A stretch of 64,000 nt of DNA from Gammaproteobacteria bacterium (GCA_965243205.1 CBDEUK010000002.1:1856001-1920000), one strand, 5' to 3'; counted from the first letter of the stretch, positions 39,734-52,906 are shown. Program-made: numbers and translations. The notes: a model not told the origin generated them from the sequence alone.

Positions 39734-40639
39734 ATGGCGGAAGAAAAACACAGCTTAAAAGGCAGTATGGTTGCTGTTGCAACACCAATGAAAAAAGGTG
39801 TCAAACCTGATACCGAGTTGGATATAAAGGCTTTAGAAGCGTTAATAGAATTTCATATCGAGAATGAGTCTGATGCATTGGTGGCTGTTGGCACTACAGG
39901 TGAGTCAGCCACACTCAATATGCAAGAACATACTGAGACAATAGAACGGTTTGTGGCCATAGCCAAAGGCCGAATCCCTATTATCGCAGGAACCGGTGCT
40001 AATTCGACCACTGAAGCGATTGAATTAACGGAAAATGCAAAAAAAGCTGGTGCGGATGCCTGTTTGTTGGTGACACCTTACTATAATAAGCCGACCCAAG
40101 AGGGCTTATACCAACATTATAAGGCGATTGCTGAAGCCGTTGAGATTGATCAAATACTCTATAATGTGCCGGGTCGTACAGCTTGCGATATGCAGCCTGA
40201 GACGATTGGCCGTTTGGCAAGTGTTGATAACATAGTGGGTGTCAAAGAGGCTACAGGTGATTTAAGTCGTGTTGCTGAAATTCGTAAATTATGTGGAGAA
40301 GGTTTTCTCTTAGTAAGTGGTGATGATGCCACAACCTGTGATTTTATCTTACAAGGTGGCGATGGGGTGATTACTGTCACGGGTAATATCGCACCTAAAT
40401 TAATGCACGATATGTGTGTGGCAGCGAGTGCTGGCGATGAAGTAGAAGCTAAACGTATCGACAAACTCATTTCTGGACTGCACGAAAAGTTATTTGTGGA
40501 GTCCAATCCTATACCTACTAAATGGGCCTTGAATAAAATGGGCTTAATTGACAGTGGGATTCGTTTACCATTGACTTGGATGTCAGAAGAAAAAGAATCA
40601 GAAGTTATCGAGGCAATGAAACAAGCAGGTGTTATATAG
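39734..40639 (+). CDS. dapA: 4-hydroxy-tetrahydrodipicolinate synthase
   Basis: GTTGES, PYYNKP, YNVPGRT, KEATG, SGDD, ESNPIP. Confidence 0.97.
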   Translation: MAEEKHSLKGSMVAVATPMKKGVKPDTELDIKALEALIEFHIENESDALVAVGTTGESATLNMQEHTETIERFVAIAKGRIPIIAGTGANSTTEAIELTENAKKAGADACLLVTPYYNKPTQEGLYQHYKAIAEAVEIDQILYNVPGRTACDMQPETIGRLASVDNIVGVKEATGDLSRVAEIRKLCGEGFLLVSGDDATTCDFILQGGDGVITVTGNIAPKLMHDMCVAASAGDEVEAKRIDKLISGLHEKLFVESNPIPTKWALNKMGLIDSGIRLPLTWMSEEKESEVIEAMKQAGVI

Positions 40640-40662
40640 ACGCACCTCTAAATTGAATTATT

Positions 40663-41715
40663 ATGAAATTAACAACAATAAAATCGTTCATTCTAGCAAT
40701 ATTATTTATTAGCATTTCTGCTTGTGAATACATCCCAACCTTGGATGAAGTAGTTCCTGACAAACGTTCGGAATATCGAAAAAGTCGTTCACTTCCTGAT
40801 CTAGAAGTGCCACCTGACTTAACCATCGAACGTGAAGATGATTTAGTGATCCCGGGCGAATCAGAGCCAACAACTTTAAGTGCTTATGAGTTGCAGAAGA
40901 AACGTGGTGGATTGTCTCAACTAGAGGCGCTAGAACAACAATATCCTGGTGAAAAAGTTTTGCCAGTTGCAGGTGGTACAGTTGACGTATGGCCTGATTT
41001 AATCGGTTATTTTAAAGACAAAGGCTATGAGATAGATTTAGAGGATGCCGAATTAGGCGTGCTGGAAACAACATGGTTAGCGACTGGTGATAGTTCGCGA
41101 GATAAATTCAAAATTTTTGCTGAACCATCGGAAACCGGTAATAACACCATATTATTTATCTCCAGTGAACGCCAAGAAAAAATTGGTTTAGGGGATACCA
41201 ATGTTGAATGGTTGGAGCAGGAAGCCGACGAACGAAAAACCAATCGTTATGTTGCTGAAATCAAAACTATGTTCTATGGAACCAGTGATGTGATTGCTGC
41301 AACTCCTGCTGGTTCAAGCACTAGCCCAGAGCCTATCAGACCACAAGCGATTTTAGAAAGTGCTGGTGATAAGAAATATTTATTACGTTTACCTGAAAGT
41401 TTTGATTCTGGTTGGTCGCAAACAGCAGAATTATTAGAACGTGCTGGTGCTAGAATCGAAAAGACCGACTCATCCAAAGGTATTTTCTATGTGTTGTATC
41501 AACCTCAAGTCACTCAGCCGCAAGAGGAAAAAGGATTCTTCAGTAAATTAAAATTTTGGGGTGATGATGAGCCTGATACTTCTGAGTTTCAGATCAGTGT
41601 TACTGGGCTTGAAGGCAATACGGAAATTGTTGTGTTAGACGATGATGGGGATTGGAATGCGGATCCTGTTGCTGATACTTTACTCAGTGCGATGTTGGAT
41701 GCCTATAATCGATAA
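40663..41715 (+). CDS. bamC: Outer-membrane assembly lipoprotein BamC/NlpB
   Basis: Lipobox ISAC, LEVPPDL, GVLETTW, KLKFWG; follows dapA. Confidence 0.88.
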   Translation: MKLTTIKSFILAILFISISACEYIPTLDEVVPDKRSEYRKSRSLPDLEVPPDLTIEREDDLVIPGESEPTTLSAYELQKKRGGLSQLEALEQQYPGEKVLPVAGGTVDVWPDLIGYFKDKGYEIDLEDAELGVLETTWLATGDSSRDKFKIFAEPSETGNNTILFISSERQEKIGLGDTNVEWLEQEADERKTNRYVAEIKTMFYGTSDVIAATPAGSSTSPEPIRPQAILESAGDKKYLLRLPESFDSGWSQTAELLERAGARIEKTDSSKGIFYVLYQPQVTQPQEEKGFFSKLKFWGDDEPDTSEFQISVTGLEGNTEIVVLDDDGDWNADPVADTLLSAMLDAYNR

Positions 41716-41743
41716 TCACAACTTTAACATATCTTTATAATTG

Positions 41744-41768
41744 AAAGCCTACAGTTTAGTAGGCTTTT
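41744..41768 (+). terminator. Terminator after bamC
   Basis: AAAGCCTAC-N6-GTAGGCTTTT. Confidence 0.75.
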
Positions 41769-41776
41769 AACTTTAA

Positions 41777-42904
<1,128 letters not shown>

Positions 42905-42959
42905 TAGCGCGCTCGAAAATTAACAGAACATTATAAAACAACAGAGAAAACGGTAAGTC

Positions 42960-43289
42960 ATGGATTTTTTTATAAATAATGCTTGGGCTCAAGCTGCTCC
43001 AGCCCCTGGAGGCAGTGGAATGGCGAATATTATTTTCATCGTTGTTATGTTCGCGGTGTTTTGGTTTATTTTAATTCGCCCGCAAATGAAACAACAAAAA
43101 GAACATAAAAATATGGTCTCAGCATTGGCAAAAGGCGATGAAGTTGTGTCTGCTGGTGGCATACTTGGCAAAATTACCAAAATCGGCGATAACTTTGTTG
43201 AGTTAGAAATTGCCGATAATGTTGTTATAAAAATACAAAAAAACAGTATCTCCAATGTGCTACCTAAAGGCACATTGAAGACCATGTAA
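42960..43289 (+). CDS. yajC: Preprotein translocase subunit YajC
   Basis: FILIRPQ, GDEVVSAGG, LPKGT. Confidence 0.96.
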   Translation: MDFFINNAWAQAAPAPGGSGMANIIFIVVMFAVFWFILIRPQMKQQKEHKNMVSALAKGDEVVSAGGILGKITKIGDNFVELEIADNVVIKIQKNSISNVLPKGTLKTM

Positions 43290-43327
43290 TCCTAGGAATT
43301 TATTGTCACACACTTAAGATAAGTACT

Positions 43328-45181
43328 ATGAATCGTTACGCACTTTGGAAATACATCTTGATCTCGCTGGTCGTGATTTTTGGTGTGCTCTACTCTTTAC
43401 CTAATCTATTTGGCAGTGACCCTGCTCTTCAAGTGACGTCCGCTCGTGGTTCCGAGTCAGGTCAGTTAACTGAGTTTGCTGTTAGCGTTGCTTTGGATGA
43501 AACAGGTGTAAAGGCGAAAGCTATCGAGCCGTTTGAGAATCATTTAATTGTTCGTTTCAATGACGAAGAAGCACAGTTAAAAGCACAAGAAGCCATACAA
43601 AAACAATTGGGTAATGATTATGTAGTCGCTCTCAATTTAGCACCAGCAACACCTAAATGGTTAGGACAGTTAAATGCTGAACCAATGTTTCTAGGATTGG
43701 ATTTGCGTGGCGGTGTGCACTTCCTGATGGAAGTGGATATGAAAGCGGCAATAGCGAAGGCAGAAGATAGATATGTTGCCGATTTAAGAACGTTATTACG
43801 TGAAAATAAAGTTCGATATAAAACCATTACTCGTCAAGACAATGGTGGATTGTTAATGCGTTATAAGGATGAAGCGCAAAGACAACAAGCAATAGAAGTG
43901 ATTAACGATGAATTCCCGGAATTGGTATTAACTGAAACCGATACGGACGGCATTGCTACCACAGCGGTTTTTTCCGAAGAACATGTTAAAGATACACGTG
44001 GAAATGCAGTAAAACAAAATATTACGACCTTACGTAACCGTGTTAATGAATTGGGTGTAGCTGAGCCAATCATTCAACAGCAAGGTCAAGATCGTATTGT
44101 AGTGGAACTTCCTGGTATTCAAGATACAGCTGCAGCAAAAGATGTTTTGGGTGCTACCGCCACACTTGAATTTCGTATGGTTGATGAAGTAAATAATGTT
44201 AACGATGCTGTTAATGGCAGAGTACCTATAGGATCAAAACTATATCGAATGGATACAGGCGAACCAATATTATTGAAGAAACAAATCATTATTACAGGTG
44301 ATTGTGTTACTGATGCTTCATCGGGTTTAGGTCAGCAAGGCGGTCCAGTGGTTAATATTCGCTTGAGTGGCCCTTGCGGCAAGATCATGAGCAAGCTTAC
44401 CGCTGAAAATATTGGTAAACGCATGGCAGTAGTGTTCATTGAGAACAAAACAGAAACGATTTTTAATGACGATGGTTCTCGCGATAAAAAATCATTTACG
44501 GAAGAAAAAGTGATCAGTGCTGCAGTTATTCGCGGTCAGTTTGGTAATCGTTTTGAAATTTCTGGTCTCGATTCCACTGAAGAAGCGAGAACTTTAGCCT
44601 TACTATTACGTGCGGGTGCTTTAGCAGCACCAATCGAAATCGTTGAAGAGCGCACTGTAGGCCCTAGTTTAGGAAAAGATAATATCGAGCGAGGCTTTAA
44701 CTCAGTAATGATTGGTTTTGTCTTAGTATTAATCTTTATGGTTATTTACTATGGTATGTTTGGTTTGTTTGCGGATATTGCTCTAACCCTGAACTTGGTG
44801 TTACTAGTTGCATTGTTATCATTGCTGCAAGCTACTCTTACTTTACCGGGTATTGCGGGGATTGTATTAACCGTTGGTATGGCGGTGGATGCAAACGTAC
44901 TAATTTTTGAGCGTATTCGTGAAGAGCTACGCAATGGTAACTCCCCACAGGCGAGTATTTACGCAGGCTATCAGAAGGCTTTCTCAACCATTGCTGATGC
45001 GAATATAACAACATTGATTGCTGCAATCGTTTTATTCAGTTTTGGTACTGGTCCGATTAAAGGGTTTGCTGTGACCTTATCACTGGGGATTATTTGTTCT
45101 ATGTTTACTGCGATTATGGTGACACGTGCATTGGTCAACTTGTATTACGGTGGTCGTAAGATAGAAAAATTGAGTATCTAG
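43328..45181 (+). CDS. secD: Protein translocase subunit SecD
   Basis: LGLDLRGGVHF, RVNELGVAEP, GMAVDANVLIFERIREE. Confidence 0.97.
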   Translation: MNRYALWKYILISLVVIFGVLYSLPNLFGSDPALQVTSARGSESGQLTEFAVSVALDETGVKAKAIEPFENHLIVRFNDEEAQLKAQEAIQKQLGNDYVVALNLAPATPKWLGQLNAEPMFLGLDLRGGVHFLMEVDMKAAIAKAEDRYVADLRTLLRENKVRYKTITRQDNGGLLMRYKDEAQRQQAIEVINDEFPELVLTETDTDGIATTAVFSEEHVKDTRGNAVKQNITTLRNRVNELGVAEPIIQQQGQDRIVVELPGIQDTAAAKDVLGATATLEFRMVDEVNNVNDAVNGRVPIGSKLYRMDTGEPILLKKQIIITGDCVTDASSGLGQQGGPVVNIRLSGPCGKIMSKLTAENIGKRMAVVFIENKTETIFNDDGSRDKKSFTEEKVISAAVIRGQFGNRFEISGLDSTEEARTLALLLRAGALAAPIEIVEERTVGPSLGKDNIERGFNSVMIGFVLVLIFMVIYYGMFGLFADIALTLNLVLLVALLSLLQATLTLPGIAGIVLTVGMAVDANVLIFERIREELRNGNSPQASIYAGYQKAFSTIADANITTLIAAIVLFSFGTGPIKGFAVTLSLGIICSMFTAIMVTRALVNLYYGGRKIEKLSI

Positions 45182-45183
45182 TT

Positions 45184-46116
45184 ATGCAATTAATTAAAAC
45201 CAATACAAATATTAATTTTATGGGGCAGCGCTCTATGGCTGCCGTTATTTCAGGTCTATTAATCCTGGCTGCTATTGCCTCATTATTTATGCAAGGCTTG
45301 AATTTCGGCATTGATTTTACAGGTGGTACTGTGGTCGAGATGGGTTACTCAGAAGATGCCGATATTAAAGCGATTCGTTCCAGCTTAGAAAATTCTGAAT
45401 TCAGTGATGCAACAGTACAATATTTTGGTTCGGCCAAAGATGTTTTATTTCGAGTAGCACCAAAAGAAGGGTTAAACAGTGCTGATATCAGTACCAAGTT
45501 GATGGAATCACTTCAAGCTTCAAGTTCATCTGAAATTGAAATGCGTCGGGTTGAGTTTGTTGGGCCGCAAGTAGGTGAAGAATTACGTGAACAGGGTGGC
45601 TTGGCCATGTTAGCAGCCTTGGCCTGTATCTTTGTATATATTGCCATTCGCTTCCGTAGCCATTTTTCCGTTGGCGCTATTGCTGCATTAGTCCATGATG
45701 TAATTATCACATTAGGTGTTTTTTCGCTTACGCAAATGGATTTTGATTTGACTGTTTTAGCGGCTATTTTGGCGGTTATAGGTTATTCATTAAACGATAC
45801 CATTGTTGTATTTGATCGTATTCGAGAAAACTTTCGTAAGTTGCGTGGTAAAACATCTGAGCAAGTCATTAACACTTCTTTGAATCAAACTTTAAGTCGT
45901 ACGTTGATGACATCAATCACAACGCTACTCGTATTATTTGCATTATTTTTCTTCGGCGGCGAAACAATTCATTCATTTTCTCTGGCATTAATCGTAGGTG
46001 TATTAATTGGTACTTACTCATCATTGTTTGTAGCAAGCCCGATTACCTTATTGATGGGGATTTCCAAACAAGACTTAATGCCTGTTGAAAAAGAAGGAGC
46101 GCAAGACGTCGTTTAA
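45184..46116 (+). CDS. secF: Protein translocase subunit SecF
   Basis: GIDFTGG, VGPQVG, GYSLNDTIVVFDRIRE. Confidence 0.97.
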   Translation: MQLIKTNTNINFMGQRSMAAVISGLLILAAIASLFMQGLNFGIDFTGGTVVEMGYSEDADIKAIRSSLENSEFSDATVQYFGSAKDVLFRVAPKEGLNSADISTKLMESLQASSSSEIEMRRVEFVGPQVGEELREQGGLAMLAALACIFVYIAIRFRSHFSVGAIAALVHDVIITLGVFSLTQMDFDLTVLAAILAVIGYSLNDTIVVFDRIRENFRKLRGKTSEQVINTSLNQTLSRTLMTSITTLLVLFALFFFGGETIHSFSLALIVGVLIGTYSSLFVASPITLLMGISKQDLMPVEKEGAQDVV

Positions 46117-46147
46117 GGAATTGTCGCCAACCCTCAATAATTTTTCT

Positions 46148-46169
46148 GATGGGAGTATTCACTCCCATC
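46148..46169 (+). terminator. Hairpin between secF and pdxB
   Basis: GATGGGAGT-ATTC-ACTCCCATC, no U-tract. Confidence 0.45.
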
Positions 46170-46190
46170 GAATCAATCAGCAAAACTTTA

Positions 46191-47339
46191 ATGAATATTC
46201 TTGCTGATCAACAAATCCCCTTTGCAAAACAAGCCTTTCAACAGTTTGGTGATGTAGAGCTGATACATGGCCGAGATATTACTCATAACAATTTAGATAA
46301 TGTCGATATCTTGTTAGTACGTTCCATAACCAAAGTTAATGAAGAATTATTAGATGATACCGCTGTAAAATTTGTAGGAACAGCGACCAGTGGTTTTGAT
46401 CATATTGATCAAAGTTATTTAAAATCACATAAGATTAAATTTGCTTACACACCAGGAAGCAACGCTCGATCAGTCGCGGAATATGTTTTAAGCGCATTGT
46501 TGGTTTTATTTGATGATGAACTTGAGAAACTACAAAATTCAACAGTAGGTATCATTGGATATGGTCATGTAGGTAGTAAAGTTGCTAGGTTTTTGGAAAT
46601 ATTAGGCCTTCGGTGTTTGCTTAATGATCCGCCGTTGGCTAGGCAACAAGCAAGTTCATTATTTGTTTCTTTAGATGAAGTGCTTGATGCAGATATCATT
46701 ACTATACATGTGCCGTTGATTAAAGAAGGTTTAGATCCAACCTATCATCTCATTACTGAGACTGAACTAAAAAAGGTAAAAGATGAAGCTGTATTGATTA
46801 ACACGGCTCGCGGTGGTGTAGTAGATGAGTTTGCTTTATTGAATAAAATCAAAGAATCGTCAATCAAAACAGTGATAGATGTTTGGGAAGGTGAGCCAAA
46901 CATTAATCAAGAATTATTACAAACTGCTAATATCACAACATCGCATATAGCAGGTTATAGTACAGATGGAAAATTACGTGCGACAGAAATGTTGTATCAA
47001 AAAGCATGCGAATTTTTTCAACAAACACCTGTTTGGACTGCTTTGGATACAAATACCGTGAAAAAAAACGAAATGGAATTGGTCAGTTCTTCAATGACAC
47101 TATTAGAAAGCATTAATAAATTAGTTAAAAACTCATATGATATTCTGCAAGATCACGATTTGTTGCAAGCTTCTTTAAAAGTAGTATCCGAACAAAGAAG
47201 TTCCTATTTTGATGAGTTGAGAAAACATTATCGGGAACGTTTTGAATATATACATACTCAATATTCTATCTCAGAACAATCAGATATTGATGTTACGGTA
47301 TTGGATAAATTAGGGTTTAATAGAGTGCTGAATTCATGA
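46191..47339 (+). CDS. pdxB: Erythronate-4-phosphate dehydrogenase
   Basis: MNILADQQIP, LLVRSIT, GTATSGFDH, PGSNARSVAEY, DVWEGEP, HIAGYS. Confidence 0.93.
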   Translation: MNILADQQIPFAKQAFQQFGDVELIHGRDITHNNLDNVDILLVRSITKVNEELLDDTAVKFVGTATSGFDHIDQSYLKSHKIKFAYTPGSNARSVAEYVLSALLVLFDDELEKLQNSTVGIIGYGHVGSKVARFLEILGLRCLLNDPPLARQQASSLFVSLDEVLDADIITIHVPLIKEGLDPTYHLITETELKKVKDEAVLINTARGGVVDEFALLNKIKESSIKTVIDVWEGEPNINQELLQTANITTSHIAGYSTDGKLRATEMLYQKACEFFQQTPVWTALDTNTVKKNEMELVSSSMTLLESINKLVKNSYDILQDHDLLQASLKVVSEQRSSYFDELRKHYRERFEYIHTQYSISEQSDIDVTVLDKLGFNRVLNS

Positions 47340-47926
47340 GACTGGGTTTTATGGCATCGGGCCGTGGTTCTAATGCAAAGGCGATTCTTGATGCTTGTCG
47401 TTCAGGAGCGCTTGCTGCTGAACCGGTGCTAATCATAAGTAACAATCGTAACGCTGGAGTTTTTAATCTAGCAGAAGATTATCAACTACAAGGGTTTCAT
47501 TTCAGCAGCCAAACGCATCCAGATTTTGAGGAACTGGATTCGGTCATTACACAAACCATGCTTGATCATAAAATTGATTTAGTTGTTTTAGCGGGTTACA
47601 TGAAAAAAATTGGAGATCAATTACTTAATCAATATAAAAATCGCATAGTGAATATTCATCCTTCTCTCTTACCAGCCCATGGAGGTCAAGGGATGTATGG
47701 TATGAACGTGCATCAAGCAGTTATTGATGCTCGAGATAACATCAGCGGGGCAACGATTCATTTAGTCAATGAAGATTATGATCAAGGACGGATATTAGCG
47801 CAAAAGTCTATTGATATATCTGAACAAGATACGGCTGAGAGTTTGGCTGCAAAGGTGTTAAAAATTGAACACGAATTATACCCAGAAACTTTACAAAAGA
47901 TTATTTCTGGTGAAATCAGTTTATGA
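47336..47926 (+). CDS. purN: Phosphoribosylglycinamide formyltransferase
   Basis: SGRGSNA, LAGYMK, NIHPSLLP, SGATIHLV, YDQG. Confidence 0.94.
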   Translation: MRLGFMASGRGSNAKAILDACRSGALAAEPVLIISNNRNAGVFNLAEDYQLQGFHFSSQTHPDFEELDSVITQTMLDHKIDLVVLAGYMKKIGDQLLNQYKNRIVNIHPSLLPAHGGQGMYGMNVHQAVIDARDNISGATIHLVNEDYDQGRILAQKSIDISEQDTAESLAAKVLKIEHELYPETLQKIISGEISL

Positions 47927-47964
47927 TAAGTTAGCGATGTATATTTTGGGGGTGAAGGAACAGA

Positions 47965-50451
47965 ATGACAAAAATAATAGAGTCGATATATAATAACACT
48001 GTAATCAAATTTCCATTATTAATATTAGTATTGCTTGCCATCCTAGCCGTTTTTTTTCTTGGGCATATAAAGGATTTTAAACTCGATGCATCATCAGATT
48101 CCTTATTGTTAGAAAATGATGAAAGTCTCAGAGTCTTTCGCGAAACCAATGAGCGTTATGAAACCCAAGATTTTCTATTCGTAACCTTTAGTCCAAATAC
48201 AGATTTATTTAGCGATGAGTCATTAAATATTATCGCTGATTTAAAAGCCGATCTTGAACAACTAGACAAAACTGATTCCGTTTTATCGTTAATCGATGTG
48301 CCACTGTTAAAAATAGTGGGTGGTAAGTTAGCTGATGTTGCAGAAAATTATAAAACGTTAACCGATCCTGATATAGATAGAGTAAAAGCAAAACGAGAAT
48401 TATTAGAGAGTCCAATATTTAAGGATCTTGTCATTAGTGAAGATGCTAAAACCACCGCAATGATGGTTAATTTAAAAAATGATCCTGAATATTTAGAATT
48501 ACAAAAACAAAAAAATCGTTTGTTAATTCAAAAGATGCTTGGAGAATTTACTGATGAGCAAGCATTGGAGTTGCAGCAAGTTTTAGAGGATTACACTATC
48601 GCTAAAACCAATGCTGACAAAGCAAATCATGAAAATATCGTTGCGGTACGTTCGGTTATTGATAAATACCGAGATCAAGGTCAGTTGTATTTAGGTGGTA
48701 TAACTATGATAGCTGATGACATGATCAGTTATATACGTAGTGATTTAATTATTTTCGGTAGCGGGATCTTAATTTTTTTAATTCTTTTATTATCGATCAT
48801 TTTTAAGCAAATTCGTTGGGTTGCTCTGCCGCTATTAAGTTGTGTGTTTGCTGGTTTAGTGATGATTGGTTTATTAGGTTTAGTCGGTTGGAATGTTACG
48901 GTTATATCTTCAAATTTTATTTCTTTGATGTTGATATTAACCATGTCCATGAATGTGCATTTAATTGTTCGTTATCGGCAGTTACGTGCAGACCAACCTC
49001 AGCTATCACAAAAAGAAGCTGTGTTTGAAACAACAAGAAAAATGGTTTGGCCATGTTTATACACAGCACTTACTACAATGATTGGTTTTAGTTCACTGGT
49101 CTTTAGTGGTATTAAACCTGTGATCGACTTTGGTTGGATGATGACCTTAGGGTTAATGGTCACGTTCTTAACATCGTTTTTATTATTCCCGTCATTATTA
49201 TTGTTCTTAAACAAAAGTGATAAGGATTTGCAGCGTAGTGATAAAGTTGCTGTAACGGCAGGGCTTGCAAACTTTACGGAACGTCATGGTATTTTTGTAT
49301 TAGCTATTTCTGCAGTCTTGGTAGTACTAAGTAGTTTGGGAATTAGTAAGTTAAGAGTCGAAAATAGCTTTATTAACTACTTCAGTGATTCGACTGAAAT
49401 TTATCAAGGTCTGAAATTAATTGATGATAAATTGGGTGGCACAACACCTTTAGACATCTTAATTACGTTTCCTGGCTATGTTGAAGATGACATAGTTGCC
49501 GAGGAATCAGGGGAAGATGAATTTGATGACTTCGATGACATGTTCGATGAGTTTGGAGGTAGTGATAGCGGAGATACATTTTTTACCACGGAAAACCTAA
49601 ATACGATTTCAAATGTACATGACTATTTAGAAAGCATCCCAGCTGTAGGAAAAGTCTTATCGTTAAAATCGATTTTAACTGTTGCCCAAGACTTGAATGA
49701 AGGCCAACCGTTCGATGCTTTTGAGCTTACTGTGATCAATAAATTAATGCCGGATGAACTACGTTCAAGCATGCTCGATCCTTATATCTCAATTGATAAT
49801 AACGAAGCAAGAATCAGTGTCAGAATCAAAGATTCATTACCCGATTTAAGGCGCAAAGAATTGCTGGATCAAATTCATACTGATTTAGTAAATAAGATAG
49901 GTTTAGAAGCTGATCAATTTCAAGTCTCAGGTTTACTAGTGCTCTATAACAACATGTTACAGAGTTTATTCAAATCACAAATCATGACCTTAGGCGTTGT
50001 GATGTTAGGTATAGCATTGATGCTGCTGTTTCTATTCAAGTCATTTCAGCTTGCTGTAATAGGTATTATTCCGAATATTTTAGCTGCAGCACTTATCTTA
50101 GGCATTATGGGCTTGATGAATATTCCTTTAGATATGATGACAATTACCATTGCGGCTATCTCGATTGGTATCGCTGTGGATAATAGCATTCACTATATTT
50201 ATCGTTTTCGAGAAGAATTTCCAAAACAAAATAAGGACTATATTAAGACTTTGCATGTGTGCCATGCCAATATTGGGCGAGCGGTATTCTATACTGCTAT
50301 AACTATCATCTTTGGATTTTCAATTTTAGTATTGTCGAATTTCATCCCGACCATCTATTTTGGTCTGTTGACAGCATTGGCGATGTTTATTGCTCTGTTG
50401 GCTGCTTTGACCTTATTGCCAAAATTAATCTTATGGTGGAAACCGTTTTAG
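47965..50451 (+). CDS. MmpL/HpnN-like RND superfamily transporter
   Basis: Two RND repeats each with a large periplasmic loop; LDASSDSLL, ENSFINYF, LGGTTPLD, GIAVDNSIH. Confidence 0.9.
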   Translation: MTKIIESIYNNTVIKFPLLILVLLAILAVFFLGHIKDFKLDASSDSLLLENDESLRVFRETNERYETQDFLFVTFSPNTDLFSDESLNIIADLKADLEQLDKTDSVLSLIDVPLLKIVGGKLADVAENYKTLTDPDIDRVKAKRELLESPIFKDLVISEDAKTTAMMVNLKNDPEYLELQKQKNRLLIQKMLGEFTDEQALELQQVLEDYTIAKTNADKANHENIVAVRSVIDKYRDQGQLYLGGITMIADDMISYIRSDLIIFGSGILIFLILLLSIIFKQIRWVALPLLSCVFAGLVMIGLLGLVGWNVTVISSNFISLMLILTMSMNVHLIVRYRQLRADQPQLSQKEAVFETTRKMVWPCLYTALTTMIGFSSLVFSGIKPVIDFGWMMTLGLMVTFLTSFLLFPSLLLFLNKSDKDLQRSDKVAVTAGLANFTERHGIFVLAISAVLVVLSSLGISKLRVENSFINYFSDSTEIYQGLKLIDDKLGGTTPLDILITFPGYVEDDIVAEESGEDEFDDFDDMFDEFGGSDSGDTFFTTENLNTISNVHDYLESIPAVGKVLSLKSILTVAQDLNEGQPFDAFELTVINKLMPDELRSSMLDPYISIDNNEARISVRIKDSLPDLRRKELLDQIHTDLVNKIGLEADQFQVSGLLVLYNNMLQSLFKSQIMTLGVVMLGIALMLLFLFKSFQLAVIGIIPNILAAALILGIMGLMNIPLDMMTITIAAISIGIAVDNSIHYIYRFREEFPKQNKDYIKTLHVCHANIGRAVFYTAITIIFGFSILVLSNFIPTIYFGLLTALAMFIALLAALTLLPKLILWWKPF

Positions 50452-50627
50452 CTAATTTTCTTGTAGAACCATCTTTTTTTGAGGATGTCACAGCATAAAC
50501 AATCTAGGTTAAACAAAATATTCGTTAAAAGGTCATTTACTGATGCTAGATAATCATTACAATGAGCGGCAAATTGTCCATCAGAAGATTATGGTAAGTA
50601 ATCAGTAAATGAGGAAATGAGGAAATT

Positions 50628-51245
50628 ATGATGAGAAGTCAACTACAATTAGCCATTTTCAGCATGTTTTTACTATTCGGAGTGGTAGGTAATAGTTATG
50701 CTGAGGAACCGCTAAAGCCAGCCATTGAGGTCATTGAAGAAACGGCGACCAAAGTAATTGAACGGGTCACACAGGATAAAGAAAAATTAGAAGCTGATCC
50801 GGATTCTGTGCTGGAATTAGTGTACGAAATGATTATTCCTCATTTTGATTTCGTGAGTATGTCCAAATGGGTTTTGGGGAAAAAGCATTGGACGGCAGCA
50901 ACAGAATCGCAAAAAGAGCAGTTTGTTGAGCAATTTAGAGATTTATTAGTTAATACCTACACTAAAGCATTATTACAATATTCGGATAATAAAATTAATT
51001 ATTTATCGGAAAAACCGACAAAAAATGCAAAATTAGTAGAGGTGTTAACTGAAGTAGAACAAGATGGATCCAGTCCTGTGCCGATTAATTACCGAATGCG
51101 TAATAAAGATGGTAAATGGCAAGTGGTCGATGTTGTTGTCAATGGTGCAAGTCTAGTAAGAACCTATCGAGGAGAATTTACTTCTCAGATTCGCAAAAAT
51201 GGAATGGATCATTTAATCGCTAAATTGACTGAGCGAAATAAATAG
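50628..51245 (+). CDS. mlaC: Periplasmic phospholipid shuttle MlaC/Ttg2D
   Basis: Signal peptide, IIPHFDFVSMSKWVLG, FRDLLVNTY, WQVVDVVVNGASLVRTYRGEF. Confidence 0.93.
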   Translation: MMRSQLQLAIFSMFLLFGVVGNSYAEEPLKPAIEVIEETATKVIERVTQDKEKLEADPDSVLELVYEMIIPHFDFVSMSKWVLGKKHWTAATESQKEQFVEQFRDLLVNTYTKALLQYSDNKINYLSEKPTKNAKLVEVLTEVEQDGSSPVPINYRMRNKDGKWQVVDVVVNGASLVRTYRGEFTSQIRKNGMDHLIAKLTERNK

Positions 51246-51371
51246 TTCTTATCTCCGTAATATTCAAAAAATACGGCAACTCTTATCAAGCTAACCTTAA
51301 ATGGTGAGCATGATATTTTTTATATTTTATGGTTAGGGGTTTCTATTGCAGTTACCCCTTAAGAGGTTTTT

Positions 51372-51623
51372 ATGCAAGCAAATGATATTAAAGAGATGAT
51401 TGAAGCATCGTTAATCGGTAGTACTGCTATTATTGAGGGCGATGATGGCACCCATTTTCAGGGAATTATTATCAGCGAAGAATTTATTGGGAAATCTATG
51501 GTGCAGCAACATCAACTTGTTTATAAAGCTTTAGGAACAAAAATGGGTAATGAAATTCATGCGCTTTCAATGCAAACTTTGACACCTGACGAGTGGCAAG
51601 AAAAACAGAATAAAACATTATAA
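51372..51623 (+). CDS. ibaG: BolA/IbaG family protein
   Basis: DGTHF, VQQHQLVY, IHALSM; directly upstream of murA. Confidence 0.88.
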   Translation: MQANDIKEMIEASLIGSTAIIEGDDGTHFQGIIISEEFIGKSMVQQHQLVYKALGTKMGNEIHALSMQTLTPDEWQEKQNKTL

Positions 51624-51643
51624 TAATTATTAAAGAATCATAA

Positions 51644-52906
<1,263 letters not shown>

